In this document: positions 24,830 through 37,925 of the stretch, piece by piece
Numbering within the stretch: position 1 is the first letter of the stretch
Layout of the letters: each line of letters starts with the position of its first letter
DNA from: Chiloscyllium plagiosum
Lineage: Eukaryota
Length of the DNA stretch: 64,000 bases
Assembly: GCF_004010195.1 (NCBI RefSeq)
Contig: NC_057756.1
Coordinates: 7,251,983-7,315,982, forward strand
Direction of reading: 5' to 3'
Position numbers and translations under genes: made by a program
Notes under the pieces: generated by a model
Seen by the model: the letters and a program-made list of their open reading frames with translations, nothing else
The model's database searches: none
Told to the model about the DNA's origin: nothing

Positions 24830-25650
24830 TCAATGCTGAAATGCAGCAAGACTCGAACATTCAGGCTCAGGCTGACAAGTGACAGGAAGCAATCGTGCCA
24901 CACAAAGACAGCCACTGACCATATTTAGTAAGAGACAATCTAAAAATTGCCTTTTAAAATAATGGCATTACCGTAATTAAACTGTCCACTCTCAACGTTG
25001 TGCATGTTACCTTAACCAGAAATTCAATGGACTTGCCACATAAATGCAGAGGTTACACTGGCAGTCAAGAGACTGAGAACACTGTAATGAGTAATTCAAC
25101 TCCTGATTTGTCAAAGCCAGTCCGCCATCAACAAAGCACAAGTCAATGCGTGATGGGACGTTTCCCACTTGCCTGGATGAGCGCAGTTCCAACAACAATG
25201 AAGAGGCTTTACACTAGCTAGGACAAAAGAGCCTGCTTGGTTGGCATCACATCCACAAACAGCTATTCTCTCCATAACTGAATTCAGTAGCAGCACGTTC
25301 TACAAGATGCACAGCAGAAATCCACCAAAGCTCCTGACACAGCCCGTTCTCAACCTACTCCCCATCCACCTCAAAGGACAAAGGAGCAGATTCATTGGGA
25401 ACACCACTGCCTGCACGTTTCCATACTAGATCCTCACTATTCTGACTTGGCAGTACATCAGCATTACTTCATTGTTGCTGTTTCAGAGATCAAGAAATCC
25501 CTCGCAAATGGCATTCAGTATGAACTTACAGCACTTGGATTGCAGTGGTTCAACAAGGCAGTGCACCATCACCTTCCCAAATGTAATTAAGGATGGACAA
25601 AGAAAATGCCGGACCAGCCAGTGACACCCTCACATCCCACAAATGAATCA
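24830..25650 (+). mobile_element. Old LINE (L2/CR1 group) RT C-terminus and 3' UTR; paralog at about 49445-50270
   Basis: Degenerate KAQVxxVM..PLAWMSAxPTT motif in ORF 25000-25221. Confidence 0.6.
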
Positions 25651-27039
25651 AATATAAAATTAGAATTACAGAATTAGAATTAGAACGGTGAGTCTGACAT
25701 CAGTGGTGGGTAAGTTACTGGAGCCGACACTGAGGGACAGGATTTGCAGGTATTTGGAAAGGCAAGGATTTATCAGAGAAAGTCAACGTGGCTTCGAGCA
25801 TGGGAAAGCGTGTCTCACTAATTTGATTGAGTTTTCTGAAGAACTGACAAAGAGATTGATGACGGCAGAGTGGTACCCATTGTCTAAATGGACTTCAGCA
25901 AAGACAAGGGTCTGCATGACAGACTGGTAAGTAAGTTTAGATCACATGGAGTCCAGGGGGAGCTATCCAATTGGATTTAATATTGTCTTGAAGGAAGGAA
26001 TCAGAGGGTGGCGGTGGAGGGTTGTCTTTCTGAATGGAAACCAGTAACCAGCTGCGTGCCACAAAAATCAGTGCTGGGACACCACTTGCCAACCCCAGAC
26101 TTGCTGTATTGTGAAGAACTATAGTTTCAGATACATGGGGAACACCACCTCCTGCAAGATCCCTTCCCCGTGCCCTGCCAAACCACGCACTGTTCAGAGT
26201 CAGAAGGAGGTCCCTTGTGAACCAAAGGCGCTGTGTCCAAATATTGATAAGCCATCCTAACCTCACTATGAGTACTCTAATCTCCAGGAACAGCCAGGTT
26301 CAGGAAGGCAGGTTGCTTCCTCGTTTGTCAAGGAAATTATGAATATTCAATAAATGTTATTCCAATCAGCAATGGTCACCTCACAGGCATGAATACAGCA
26401 AAATTGCAGAGGCCCTGAACTGAGTGAAGCGCCTGTCTACAATAGAGAGACAGGAATAGTTTTAGAGTAGACATGTAATACTTTACTGCCTTTCCTAATC
26501 TTCATCCTGATGAAACACTCTCCTTCATGTCTCTTCCTGATTTGTTTTTCATAATGCGCATCGTTTCTTGATCAGGTTCCTCCTCAATACCATTCTCCTT
26601 TTATATTCTGGGTTCAGAATTTCTGGATCCCGGGACTGTAGATATTGCTAACACCTCGCTTCAGCCAGAGAACACTCGCATTTATGTCACGGGCGCAGAA
26701 ATCAAATGAAATGGATCTTCGCATTTTACCTGATCAGTGTTGTTACATTTCACGAAACCTTCAGAGATCATTGGGCACCATGTGCAACTAAATATGGAAA
26801 ATTGGCTCGACTTCTTTTGAAGTCAACAAAGGGAATCAAATGAAACCATTTCATTTAATGTTGGCCAAATTCTGTCTACTAAATCTAAAAAAAAATCCAC
26901 TGTTATATCTATACCAATAAGAATAACAAAACCATCAAATTATATTTAAAACTCTGCAAATGTTAGCAGAAGTTTCGTTTGAAGAAATTAAAATGCGTAC
27001 TTCTGTTTTTGTTGCAGTTTTTAACAAAATTAGCTCTGA

Positions 27040-27685
27040 ATGCCAAACCTTAAACTTTGTGTGAGACCTCAGCCAGGCTGAGAACCTATACCGGGGAACC
27101 TATAAAGATTAAGGGTGAAACTTCTGTTCTGGTATCTTATGAGAAACTACTGATTCAGTCACCATTAACTGTAGTAATAAGCTCGGCTCCAGGTCTGATA
27201 GGGTGGAATTGGTTGAGAAATATTCAAATTGATTGGAAACAATTTCTTTGTCAATTAGAAAAGGGCTGCCTGAGTGAAGTCTGAATAAAATACCAGAAAG
27301 TTTATCAGAAAGTTAAGGGACAAAGCCACCTGGCATGTTGACCAGGAAACAGTTCCACGATACTGCAAGGCCTGTCCTGTGCCATTTGATTTTCGTGCAA
27401 AAGTGGTGGCAGAAATCAGGAAGGCCTATTGCTTTATTGACCTGAGGGATAAGTTTTTCACGCAGAGGCTGGTGCTTGTATGGAATGAGCTGCCAGACGA
27501 CGTGTGGGCGGCTGGTACAATTGCAACATTGAAAAAGCATATGGATTGGTTATATGAATAAGAAGGGTTCAGAGGGATATGGACAAACTGCTGGCAAAAT
27601 GGCTTCAATCGAATTGGGATGTCTGGTTGGCATAGACAGGTTTGACTGAAAGGTCTGTTTCTCTTTTGTTTCACTCCATGACTTC
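27040..27685 (+). mobile_element. Gypsy pol fragment (protease-to-RT linker) fused to a CR1 3' tail, upstream of GPCR copy 2
   Basis: RLRTYTGEPIKIKGE..PLTVV..GLIGWNWL..IDW, then HVDQETVPRYCKACPVPF..AKVVAEIRK, then FFTQRLVLVWNELP and the CR1 tail. Confidence 0.7.
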
Positions 27686-27973
27686 TGCAATACATTCCTC
27701 AAAGGAATTGTCCCATTATCGGGTCACCAAGGTAATAAGCCTTCTCTTTGGTGTTTTCCTATGATGTCACAGAACTGAACAATTCGAAAGCAATAGGGAT
27801 TAATATCTTTGTGGTAATATATTTTCTCAGTCAAATCAGAAATAACAATGATACAGCATCAATATTCACTTGAGAATCCGAAAGAGTATATAACAATTTC
27901 TGAACACAGTAATACTATGTTCGATTTAAATCTTTTGGCTTCACTACCCACGATCCGAACCATCAGATGGAAA

Positions 27974-28040
27974 ATGCTGCAATTGTTTATTATTGTTGAT
28001 AAAGTATATTACATCACTATTGCTGTCATTGGCGTCCCTG
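27974..28040 (+). CDS. GPR139-like: GPR139-like GPCR copy 2, coding exon 1 (MLQLFIIVDKVYYITIAVIGVP + 1 nt); joins 30553-31463
   Basis: aaaATGc start; CCT G|gtaagt donor at 28041. In-frame upstream ATGs at 27917 and 27848 are possible alternatives. Confidence 0.85.
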
Positions 28041-28367
28041 GTAAGTTTAGCTTATACAAAATCATTCATAGGATTGTGACATCGCTGGATAGGCCAGAAT
28101 TTATGGACAAGTGAGAAAGTTTATGAGTCAGTCAATTTGCTGTGGATCTGGAGGCACGTTTCACACAGATCAGATGAGGGTAGATATTTCAGTCTCTGAA
28201 GGACATTATTGAACCAGATATATTTTTCCAACAATCGACAATGGATTCGCATTCATCATTGGACTCTTAATTGCAGATGTTTAGTTTTCATTGAATTCAA
28301 ATTTCACCATCTGCCACATGGATTCAAACTGGGGTCACCAATACATTACCAGGGTCTCTGGATTAAT

Positions 28368-28461
28368 ATTACTGATGAAGGGTTTTTGCCCAAAACGTCC
28401 ATTTTCCTGCTCCTCGGATTCTGCCTGACCTGCTGTGCTTTTCCAGCACCACACTCCTGAC
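28368..28461 (+). mobile_element. About 94-bp Penelope-terminus insertion with a degenerate hammerhead core in the copy 2 intron
   Basis: ctgatgaagggtttttgcccaaaacgtc..ctgcctgacctgctgtgcttttccagcaccacactc, flanked by tctctggattaat at 28355-28367 and 28462-28474. Absent from the introns of copies 1, 3 and 4. Confidence 0.8.
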
Positions 28462-30552
28462 TCTCTGGATTAATGCTCCAGTGATAATGCCACGGGACCA
28501 TTGCCTGCCTTTAGCAGAAATTGTAAAGTCGCATAAGTTTGTGCTGTGGAATACCATGCCACCGTGCTTATTATTTGCTCAAACAATTTGCCACTGTACA
28601 ATTGGATTCACCATGTGTCATTGGGAACTGCCTCAATCGGACATGCATTATTAGTATTGTTGTAAGTAATAACTTGACTTGATGCGTTTGTTAACATTGA
28701 TTTGAAGAGATGCAAGGAAGCCGTTTTTAGTTTTAAAAATCGAATCCTCTATTAATTTTGGTGAACAACTAAGGTTTTTCATTCAAAGAATAGTTTGGAG
28801 CAAGAAGCATTGATGTTTCCTAAATCCACGAATGGAAAGCAATGAAAACTTAACCAATATATTGGCAGTACTGAGTATCTTTTTCAAATCTTCAGCATAA
28901 TTCATGATTAGAAATGCCATTTCCAGAAATTTGGGTAATGTGAGATGTTAAGTTTGGAAAGGCAAATCAGGGCAGAACTTTTACATTTAATGGTATGGCC
29001 CTGGGGAGTGTAGCCGAACAATGAGTCCTTGGGCTGCAGGTTTATGTTTCTTTGAAAACAGAGTCGCTGGTGGATAGGATAGTCAAGAAGTCGTTGGTTA
29101 CATGGAGTTCTAATAGGTCAGTGCATTGAGAAAAAGGATTTGAGACATCATAGTACAGAATATTGACTACACCACTTTTGCAATACTACTTGCAGTTATA
29201 GCAAGCTACTCCTTGCTATATAGGAAAGATATTATAAACTTGGAAAAGTGAAGGAAACACTTACAAGTGCATATATGGGTTGAGATGGTTTGTGCTATAT
29301 GGCAACACTGAATCGGTAGGTCCTGGAGTGTCAAATCTCAGCGTCATGGATCAGGTGAATAGTCAAGGTCTTTTCCCCAGTGGAAGAGAGTCAAAAACTA
29401 GAGGGCCAGTAATTTAAGGTAAGAGGGGAAAGATTTAAAAGGGATGCAAGAGGCAACGTTTTCATGCTGTTTGTGGCGCATGTAATGAATGAGCTACAGA
29501 GGAAGCTGGTACAAGCACAACATTTAAAATGCATTTGGTGAGCATTTGTTTCGGAAGGTTTAGAATGATATGGGACAAATACTGGAATTTGGGGCTCGAT
29601 TAATTTAGGATATCTGTTCATCATGGATGCGTTGGAACAATCATGCTGTTTATCTTTACGTTTCTAAGTGACTGAAAGAGATTGTTCGGTGCTTAGAGTG
29701 TAGAATAGACAGCTGGTTGCGTGCACAGGCAGAGAAAACCGTTTTCAACAATAAGTTCAAAAATATGCTTTCTCCCCGATAACAATTTCTTTTCTTTATT
29801 TTCAAGGCAGACATTGTTGAACTGCAGAATCAATTGACAACTGTGTTTGGTCATCTGGGTATTCATCAATGTTTTCATTTCTTTTGCAACATGTCAGCTT
29901 CTCAATGGTTATCCTTCATGTTTTCAATCCTCAAGTTGAGGTCCAGTTGTTGCTAGGATCTGCACATGATCCTTTATCACAAACTTTGAACTCTTATCAT
30001 GGATGCGGGGTCCCCATCTTCTTGTAAAACATTTCATAAGAATATGCCTGACTTGTAATTCAGGATTATGTAACGTAACAGTGTCAAATCCACGATTCTG
30101 GTGACATATTTGTAATGGACTCATCAGTTTGCCTTGTAACCATGTTAAAATTTGTCCTGACAACATATAAGTTCATTCCTTCTTGGCTAGAAGAAAACTT
30201 CATTGTTTTCGTTTGGGCACATGGAAAGGAAATGTAGTTTGCTACATTTCTCATTTAATTTTTGCTTTTATTTGCAGAATTATGTCAGTTAAGCCAACTG
30301 AAATATTCAGTCTATTTCTGTATTCAACATGTATAACTGAATATTTAACATCCTCACACCACTCTACAGTACTTCATGTTCAACAGCACACACCCACTCC
30401 CTTTGTTCATTTGAGATTATTGTGGAATGGAATTGGAATTAATATTTTTTCACAATTTATATTTTTCTTTACCACCTTATTGCCATTTCAACCTAAATGG
30501 AAGATTGTTCAATCTACAATTTCTAAACTAATTTCAGTTCTCCCTTTTACAG

Positions 30553-31463
30553 TTAATGCACTAGCAATTGGGATCATTTCCATAGGAAAATGCGGCCTGT
30601 CAAGGTGTACTACTCATTACATGGTGGCCATGGCAACAGCGGATCTGATGTTCATCTTCACTGAAGCTATACTGTATCAACTGAATCACTACTTTTACCA
30701 GGGATCATTTCTGCACCTCACACCTGCATGCATTATGATTGACTTCCTGCTTTTTGTGAGTTCAGACTGTTCTGTCTGGTTCACTGTCACTTTCTCCGCT
30801 GATCGGTTTGTGAGCATTTGTTGTCGGAAACTGAAACTGAAATATTGTACCGTGAAAATGGCAGCTGTAACAATTTCAACAACCTGCACTCTTTCCTGTC
30901 TAAAAAATGCTCCCATTTTCATTACACGGGAACCTATGACTGTGGTTGACAATGTACATTGGTCTTGTCAAATGAAGGCCAGCTACTTTACTGAACTCAG
31001 GTGGATAGTTTTTGACTGGTTTGATAAAGTGTTAACACCATTACTCCCATTCATTTTAGTTTTGTTCTTCAATGGTATGACAGTCAGATATGTTTTAGCA
31101 GTGAATCAGATGCGTAAAAGATTGAGAAGTCAGAACACGGAAGAGAAGCGCAGTGATCCTGAGATGGAGAGCAGAAGGAAGTCAATGATTTTACTGTTCA
31201 CCATATCCAGTAACTTCATACTGCTGTGGTCACCATATGTAATAAATTTCTTATATTATCAATTTGCAGCAATTGATCCCAGATCTTACAATGACAGTTT
31301 GCGCATATTTGAAAGAATTGGAATAATGCTGCTGAATCTGAGTTGCAGCACAAATACATTTATTTATGGAGTAACTCAGTCGAGGTTCAGGGAACAGTTC
31401 ATTAGCGCTCTAAAATACCCACTAACATCAATGAACAGTATCTTTACTTTGAGAATGATTTGA
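30553..31463 (+). CDS. GPR139-like: GPR139-like class A orphan GPCR copy 2, coding exon 2 (intact; full protein 325 aa)
   Basis: Acceptor cccttttacag|TT AAT. Same 7TM motifs as copy 1 (ADRF, LWSPY, NTFIY). About 80% identical to copy 1 by manual count. ATTAAA at 31520-31525. Confidence 0.92.
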
Positions 31464-33519
31464 TGGTAATCTATAAGGCAATATCATATACAACTGTTTT
31501 TGTGAGTGCAGCATCGAGTATTAAACATCCACTATCTGATTTGTCTCCAAAACGTTTGTTTGTAAGTAAATTTGAGCAACAGTGTCGGCTTCCCTTTCAT
31601 TGGATGTTGTTTTAATTTGGATTGCCATAATATTAAGACAATATTTTTAACCTTCATCTGCAATTAGCGCAATGAATAATTTGCTCACGAAAGTTAGATT
31701 ATTGCAACTTCCACAGACATAAAAAAAATACCTCCTTACAAATCAACATGAAAACTGAATTAGGGATTTTGCATTCCATCAAATAGATGGCACCAAATTT
31801 AGCCAGTGGTCCATTCTTTCATGTTGGCGTTATTATACAAATAAAGCACTCACATTTTGAATGCCTCACGCCAGTTTTGCTTTACAATAATATTTCCTCC
31901 CGTTTCATTTATTTCAGAAATGATTTTTAATGATCCGAAATGATGTTGTTATTGGACACCTCACGTTCAAAACTGAAATCTGGATTGCTACTTCATCTTA
32001 ATTTCATTTCTCATTTAACGTGGTAGCATTTCAGTGAAAGATACGGGTGCAACTCTGCGCATTTGTTTTTAGCAATGAGCATGTATATTATTAATGGCAA
32101 TGAAAATAATGAGAAAATTTCTGTGCTGTTCACATACAAAACAGCTTGAAAATTTTCAAAGCACATGACAAAAGCATACTCCCAATCTTTGCAGTACTTA
32201 AATGACAGAGTTTCAATTTGTGCAGCTCCTGTAACTGACTTCAGTGTAAATTTCAACTCCTAGTCTTCAGAGTTTATTAGCCTTTCTTTTGATTATTCAC
32301 ACAACTGAACTTCAATATTCTTCGCATTAAATAACCCTTTCTGATTTGTAACTGAAGGCTACAGGTCTTAAATTTTCGTGTTAATATTCTTGCAGTTGGA
32401 TAACATGTTTTGCACAACTCTGAAATAATGCCTATCGGCAGGAGAATGTTTTGCACATTTTCACACAATGTAATTTTATCACGCTAACTATTAATTAACG
32501 ATTAATATTCCAACAACACTTTCAGTTCAGTATTTTTTTTGTTTCAAGTCGTGATACTACTCGTGTTCAGGTGAATCCACCTGGAGGTCAGTGCCCTTTA
32601 ATTGCAACATATTCACTGGGCTCCTATTCCAAGGCTGGAAGTTCCGGTATACGAATGTTGATAACACAGACTTCTGAATACAGAACCTCCTCACTTTCAA
32701 CTGAATTGGTCTGTGACAGAAAACACTATGTTAGATATAGATCTGGTGGGATAGATAGCAGAATATTATCTGCACCAGGATGGCATGTTACAAATGTTGC
32801 AAACAACACAAGGAGCAACCGATAGGATTCACTGCAGTCACTCACTAAATTTCTACTGATAGTACCTTCTAAACTCACTGCATCTACTATCTCGAAGGAC
32901 AAGGGCAGCACATGCATGGGAACACCATTCTTTCAAGTTTCCTGCTAGACCAAACATAAGCCTGATTTTCAATTACATCAGGTTGCCTTCCTAATTTATG
33001 AACAGAAAGACTGGATCTGCCTTCGTCCTAGCACTGTATCTCCCGATATTACTCCTGTTGCATGCAAACTGTCTGTGGGGTGGATAGCAAGTTGGCAATA
33101 CTGAGGGGAGGGATTATTAGACAAGGCCAGAGGATGGCAGACAGGTCCCTGTTCCTGGGTGTGAGAGTGTGCCACTGGGAGTTGACAGGAAGGCTACAAG
33201 TGGGGCTCAGAGAGGGGGATGGGTAAAGGGATAGAGCTTGACTGGGAGAGCGTAGGGTGCGGTGGGAGACAAAGAAATGGAGGAGAGATGGCTGGAACGT
33301 GGCACGGGGTGGGGAATCACGGAGTGGAAAACCTCATGTATGACACAATGCTTTTCAGGGACAAATCCTGAGGTATTCTCTTTTTCTCTCTCTCCCTCTC
33401 TCTCTCACTGCAATTTCCCAACCTCTCTGATCTTCAGTATCACTCTCTTTCTGAACTTCTTCTTGAGTTCTCTCTTTCTTGCATGCTTTTACTGGTGTCG
33501 TTTGTCTTTTACTGTACTA

Positions 33520-34480
33520 GATGGTTATATAAATAAGAAGGGGTTTACAGGGATATGGGACAAATGCTGGCATGTGGGACGAGAATAATCTAGGATATCG
33601 GCTCAGCATGGATGAGATGGAACAAAGGGTCTTTTTTTCTGTGCTGTACATCTCTATGACTCAAATTGACTAAAAACAAATCTTAGATATGTGGACTGTC
33701 AAATAGACAGTTGGTTGTGCACACACAGAGAGCAACCATTTGCAATAACACATTCAATTATATACTTACTTGCATGAAAGATTTCTTCATACTGTCTTAT
33801 TTGGAAGGCAGACTTTGTTGAACTGCATGATCAATTGACAGCACCGTTTGATTGTCTTGGTGGTCATTGGAGATTTCATATATCTTACAGCTCACTTCAG
33901 TTTCTCAATGGTTATCCTCTGTCCTTCATGTGTTCAATCCTCACCTCGAGGTCCACTTGCCGCTGTTCCCACATTCTTGTAAAACTTTGCTTAAGAATAT
34001 GCCTGCATAGTAAGGCTGGATTATGCGATGCAATGGTGCCAAAGCCATGATCCCGTGCACCATGCTTGCAATGTGGATGCCATTCTATGTCAGCTTGCAT
34101 TGTGGCCGTGTTAAAATGTGCCCCTCCAACATTTAAGCCCATAGATCATTGGCTCAGAAAATAGCTTGGTTAATTGCTGGGAACACCGAAGGGTGCTGGA
34201 TAGTTTGCTACAATCCTCACATTTTGTGTTTGTTCTGTTAACAGAATGACGTCAGTTATTGCAATATAACATGTCCAATATAATTCTATATCAGTAGTAA
34301 CATATTCAACGGAACATTTTACACCTCCACAGCCATGTTGCAGAACTTCGTGTTCAATATCACTCCTTTTGTTCATTGGACGCAGTTTAATGTGGGATGG
34401 ACTCAGGATTAAGTTTCTTTTTATAGTTTCATATTTTTTCTGTCTATCCTTTTGTCATCTCGACTCAAATGGAAGACTGT
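33520..34480 (+). pseudogene. Orphan 3' half of the GPCR intron (relic of a fifth copy, no exons left)
   Basis: Colinear with intron segments at about 29540-30510 and 40595-41585, e.g. aatagacagttggttg and catctcgactcaaatggaa. It stops about 45 nt short of the acceptor, where a Penelope element begins. Confidence 0.75.
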
Positions 34481-35730
34481 GTTGAGAGTGTGTTGCTGCA
34501 AAAGCACATCAAGTCAGGCAACATCCAAGGAGCAGAAAAATTGACGTTTCCGGCCGGAACCTTCATCTGGAATGAGGCTGTGAGCCTCCGGGGGGTGGAG
34601 ACATAAATGGGAGGGGGTTGGAGCTGGGGCGAACGTAGCTGAGAGTGCAATAGGAGATGGGGGTAAACATAATAGGTGGATAGGTGGACAGAAGATTGAT
34701 AGGTGGGACAGGGCATAAGGGTGGTGCTGAGCTGGAAGGTTGGAACTGGGGTAAGGTCGGGGGAGGGGAGATAAGGAAACTGGTGAAGTACACATTGATG
34801 CCCTGGGGTTGAAGTGTTCTGAGGCGGAAGATAAGGTATTCTTCCTCCAGGTGTTGGGTGATGACGGAATGGGGATGGACGAGGCCCAGGACTTGCATGT
34901 CCTCGGCAGAGTGGGAGTCGGAGCTGAAATGTTTGGCCACGTGTGGTGAGATTGATTGGTGTGGGTGTCCTGGAGATGTTCTCTAAAGTGCTATGTGAGA
35001 ATGCGTCCAATCTCCCCAATGTAGAGGAGACCGATTTGGGAGCAACAGATAAAATAAATGACATGTGTGGAAGTGCAGGTGAAATGCACTTGGATATGGA
35101 AGGCTCCTTTGGGGCCTTGGTCGGAAGTAAGGTGGGGAGGTGTGGGTGCAGGTTTTGCAATTCCTGCAATGGCAGGGGAAGGTGCCAGGAGGGGATGATG
35201 GCTTGTAAAGGGGTGTGGACCTGACTAGGTAGTTGTAGAGTGAACGATCTTTGTGGAAAGTGGATAGGGTTTGGAGGGGAATATATCCCTGGTGGTGGGG
35301 TCCATTTGTTGTTTGCAGAAATTTCAGTGGATGAAGCGATTTATGTGGAGGTTGGTGGGGTGGAAGGTGAGGACAGGGGGTTTCTGTCCTTATTGCAGCT
35401 GTAGGGGTGGGGTTCGAGGGCGGAGGTGCGGGACATGGATGAGATATGTTGGAGTGCATCTTGCGGGGAGAAATTTCAGACTTTAAAGAAGGAGGCAATT
35501 TGATATGTTCTATGGTGGAACTGGTCCTCCTGGGAGCTGATGCGGCAGAGGCAGAGGAATTGGGAATATGGAATAGCATTTTTGTAGGAGGTAGGGTGGG
35601 ATGAGGTATAATCCAGGTAGCTATGGGAGTCTGTGGGTTTGTAAAAGATGTCAGTGTTGAATCGGTCCTCGTGAATGGAGATGGAGAGGTCTAGGAAGGG
35701 GAGGGAGGTGTCAGAGATGGTCCTGGTGGA
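34481..35730 (-). mobile_element. Penelope-like retroelement remnant (C-terminal RT and GIY-YIG region plus terminus)
   Basis: Minus-strand PGTFPCHCRNCKTC and HLEEEYLIFRLRTLQPQGINV motifs; shared terminal segment with a degenerate hammerhead core at about 34540-34574. Confidence 0.8.
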
Positions 35731-35994
35731 AACAACATTGAAGTATTAAAACAAGAATGACCAATCTGAACACCAGCAGAGATTTTGAGTGATTAACGGC
35801 TCTTCCTTCCACAGTGTGTAGCATCTGCGTCCATCAGAAAATGATTCAAACATAGTGCTCTGCGTTGAGCTCACTGGAAACATAATCTAGTGCATAAATA
35901 GCCTCTGATTCAATTGATCAGCATTGTTCTGAAATGATTTGGGACATTTCACACTAGTAACCTTAGTAAATAATTATTGTCAGTGAATACTGTG

Positions 35995-36305
35995 GATCAT
36001 GGTTAGTACTTCTGCTTCACAGTGTCAGGGACCTGGGTTTAAATCCAGCCTTATGTGACTGTGTTGTGGACTCCCTCTCCTCGTGAGTTTCCTGCAGTTT
36101 CTCCATTTTCCTCCTGGAGCTGTGCAGATTAGGTGGATTGGCCATGCTTCCCTGTCCTATCGTGTCCTGGGATGTGCATATAGGCTATTAGCAATGGGAA
36201 ATATGAGTTATGGGAGAGGGTGAGGGGATGGAACTGGGTGGGATATTGTTCAAAGGGTTTATGCAGACTTGATGAGTTGAATATCCTCTTTGTGCACTGC
36301 ACTGA
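35995..36305 (+). mobile_element. tRNA-derived SINE (diverged)
   Basis: tggttagtacttctgcttcacag..ggtttaaatcc head; aggtggattggccatgct core. Confidence 0.6.
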
Positions 36306-36409
36306 TTATACCACTTAACTTTGTTATCTCCTGTAGCCAGTCAATAAAAGATGAGCTCATCAATATAAATGCAGCAATTTCATGATTAAAAGGCTCATTA
36401 ATTGAATAG

Positions 36410-37147
36410 TGTTGCTCCTTTTTGTAAAGAAACCTGTAATAGCATCTGATCGACACTACCAATTCCAAGAATGGTCTTATCTGTACCTGCACAGTCAGAG
36501 CAGTGATGCTCCTGTCCTTTAACAAGGTTATGATGCCCTTGTTTTGTTTTCAGACAGTTCATAAAAATAGCAATTCTGAAATTTCTAACTTGGATGGGTT
36601 TTAGAGCCAACTTGACTATAGCTAACAGATACTGCCTCGAAACAGGGCTTTCAAGTAAAATAAACAAAGACGTACAATGAAAGGGGAGTGACTGGTTCTC
36701 CCAGCTCATGCTTTGCTCTGGTTTGGTTTAGTTTGGGTTCAGCAGTCTGGCTGTTCCCTGAAAGCAGTCAGTTCAGTTTGAGGCTGCCAGTCCAAGAAAC
36801 AGCCACATTGGAGAGGGTGTTCCATGCTGGGATATCTCTCTCTCTTTCTCCTGTAAGACCCTGTGTTTGATTTTACCTTTTGTTTATGGGGATTGTTGCA
36901 AGTATCCGGAGCAGCGTCATTGAACTGGGACATTGGGAAGGTTAAGTTATATGGTATTCTGTTCTCTTTTGTTTGTTTTTCTTTCATTAATATTTTAAAG
37001 AAAGTGTTTTTTGCTTAAAACCAGATGGTTTGACCAGCTGCACCTCTCCTGGAATATCCACACTTCACCTGCTTAAGACAACGAACAAAGTTAGAGTCCA
37101 GGCTACTTTTTTTGAAGTGTTTTGAAGGGGTTTGGCCTGGTCCATTG
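36410..37147 (-). mobile_element. Solo LTR-like repeat (same family as 4411-4960), reverse orientation
   Basis: gttttgaaggggtttggcctggtccat and ttctcccagctca are reverse complements of the 4411 element. Confidence 0.6.
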
Positions 37148-37269
37148 TACGTAGATTGACTGGACTAGTCATATAAGGACAATGGCCACCAGCACAGGTC
37201 AGAAACTAAGAAGTGTGCCACAAGCAAGTAGGAAGTGAGGGAATTGATTGCTGACTGAGATATTTAGAC

Positions 37270-37925
37270 AATAGTACCATAATACAGAGAAGGTGATTCA
37301 GTCCATCGAGTCTGCTCCACCATTCTATTATGGCTGATAAGTTTATCAACACTATTCTCCCCCTTTCTCCTCATAATCCTTTATCCTTTTGATACTCAAG
37401 AACCTATCTAACTCAGTCTTAAATATACCCAATGACCTGGCCTCCTCAGCCTTCTGGCCATGAATTCCATAGATTCGTCTCCCTCTGGCTGAAGAAGTTT
37501 CGCTTTATCTCCATTCTAAAAGGTTGTGATTTTACTCTAAAGTCTGTGTCGAGTCCTAGTCTCTCCTAACAATGGAAACATCTTCCCAACATCCACTCTG
37601 TCCAGGTCATTCAGTGTTCTGTATGTTTCAATTGATACCCCCTATCCTTCTAAACTCCAGCGAATACAGACCCAGAGTTCTCAAACATTCCTCACGCGAT
37701 AAACCTTTCATTCCTGAGCCTATTCACGTGAACGACCTCTGAACACGCACTAGGGCAATTACATCCTTTCTGAGATATCGTGCTTAAAACTGTTCATAAT
37801 ACTCCAAATGTGGTCTTACCGGAGCTGTATAGTGTCTCTGAAGTACACCTCTGCTTTTATATTCAATTCTTCTCAAAATCAATACCATCGTTATGTTTGC
37901 CTTCCTAAGTACTGACTCGACCTGC
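37270..37925 (-). mobile_element. CR1-like LINE 3' fragment
   Basis: The reverse strand reads aacttcttcagccagagggagacgaatctatggaattca (FFSQR..NLWNS) and agaccacatttggagtat (RPHLEY). Confidence 0.75.

Noticed and set aside
30183..30552. N-terminal 124 aa of the 426-aa ORF (and the 41504-41630 extension in copy 3)
   Set aside because: Chance open frame through the intron. It is not open in the other copies, and a canonical acceptor sits at 30551-30552.
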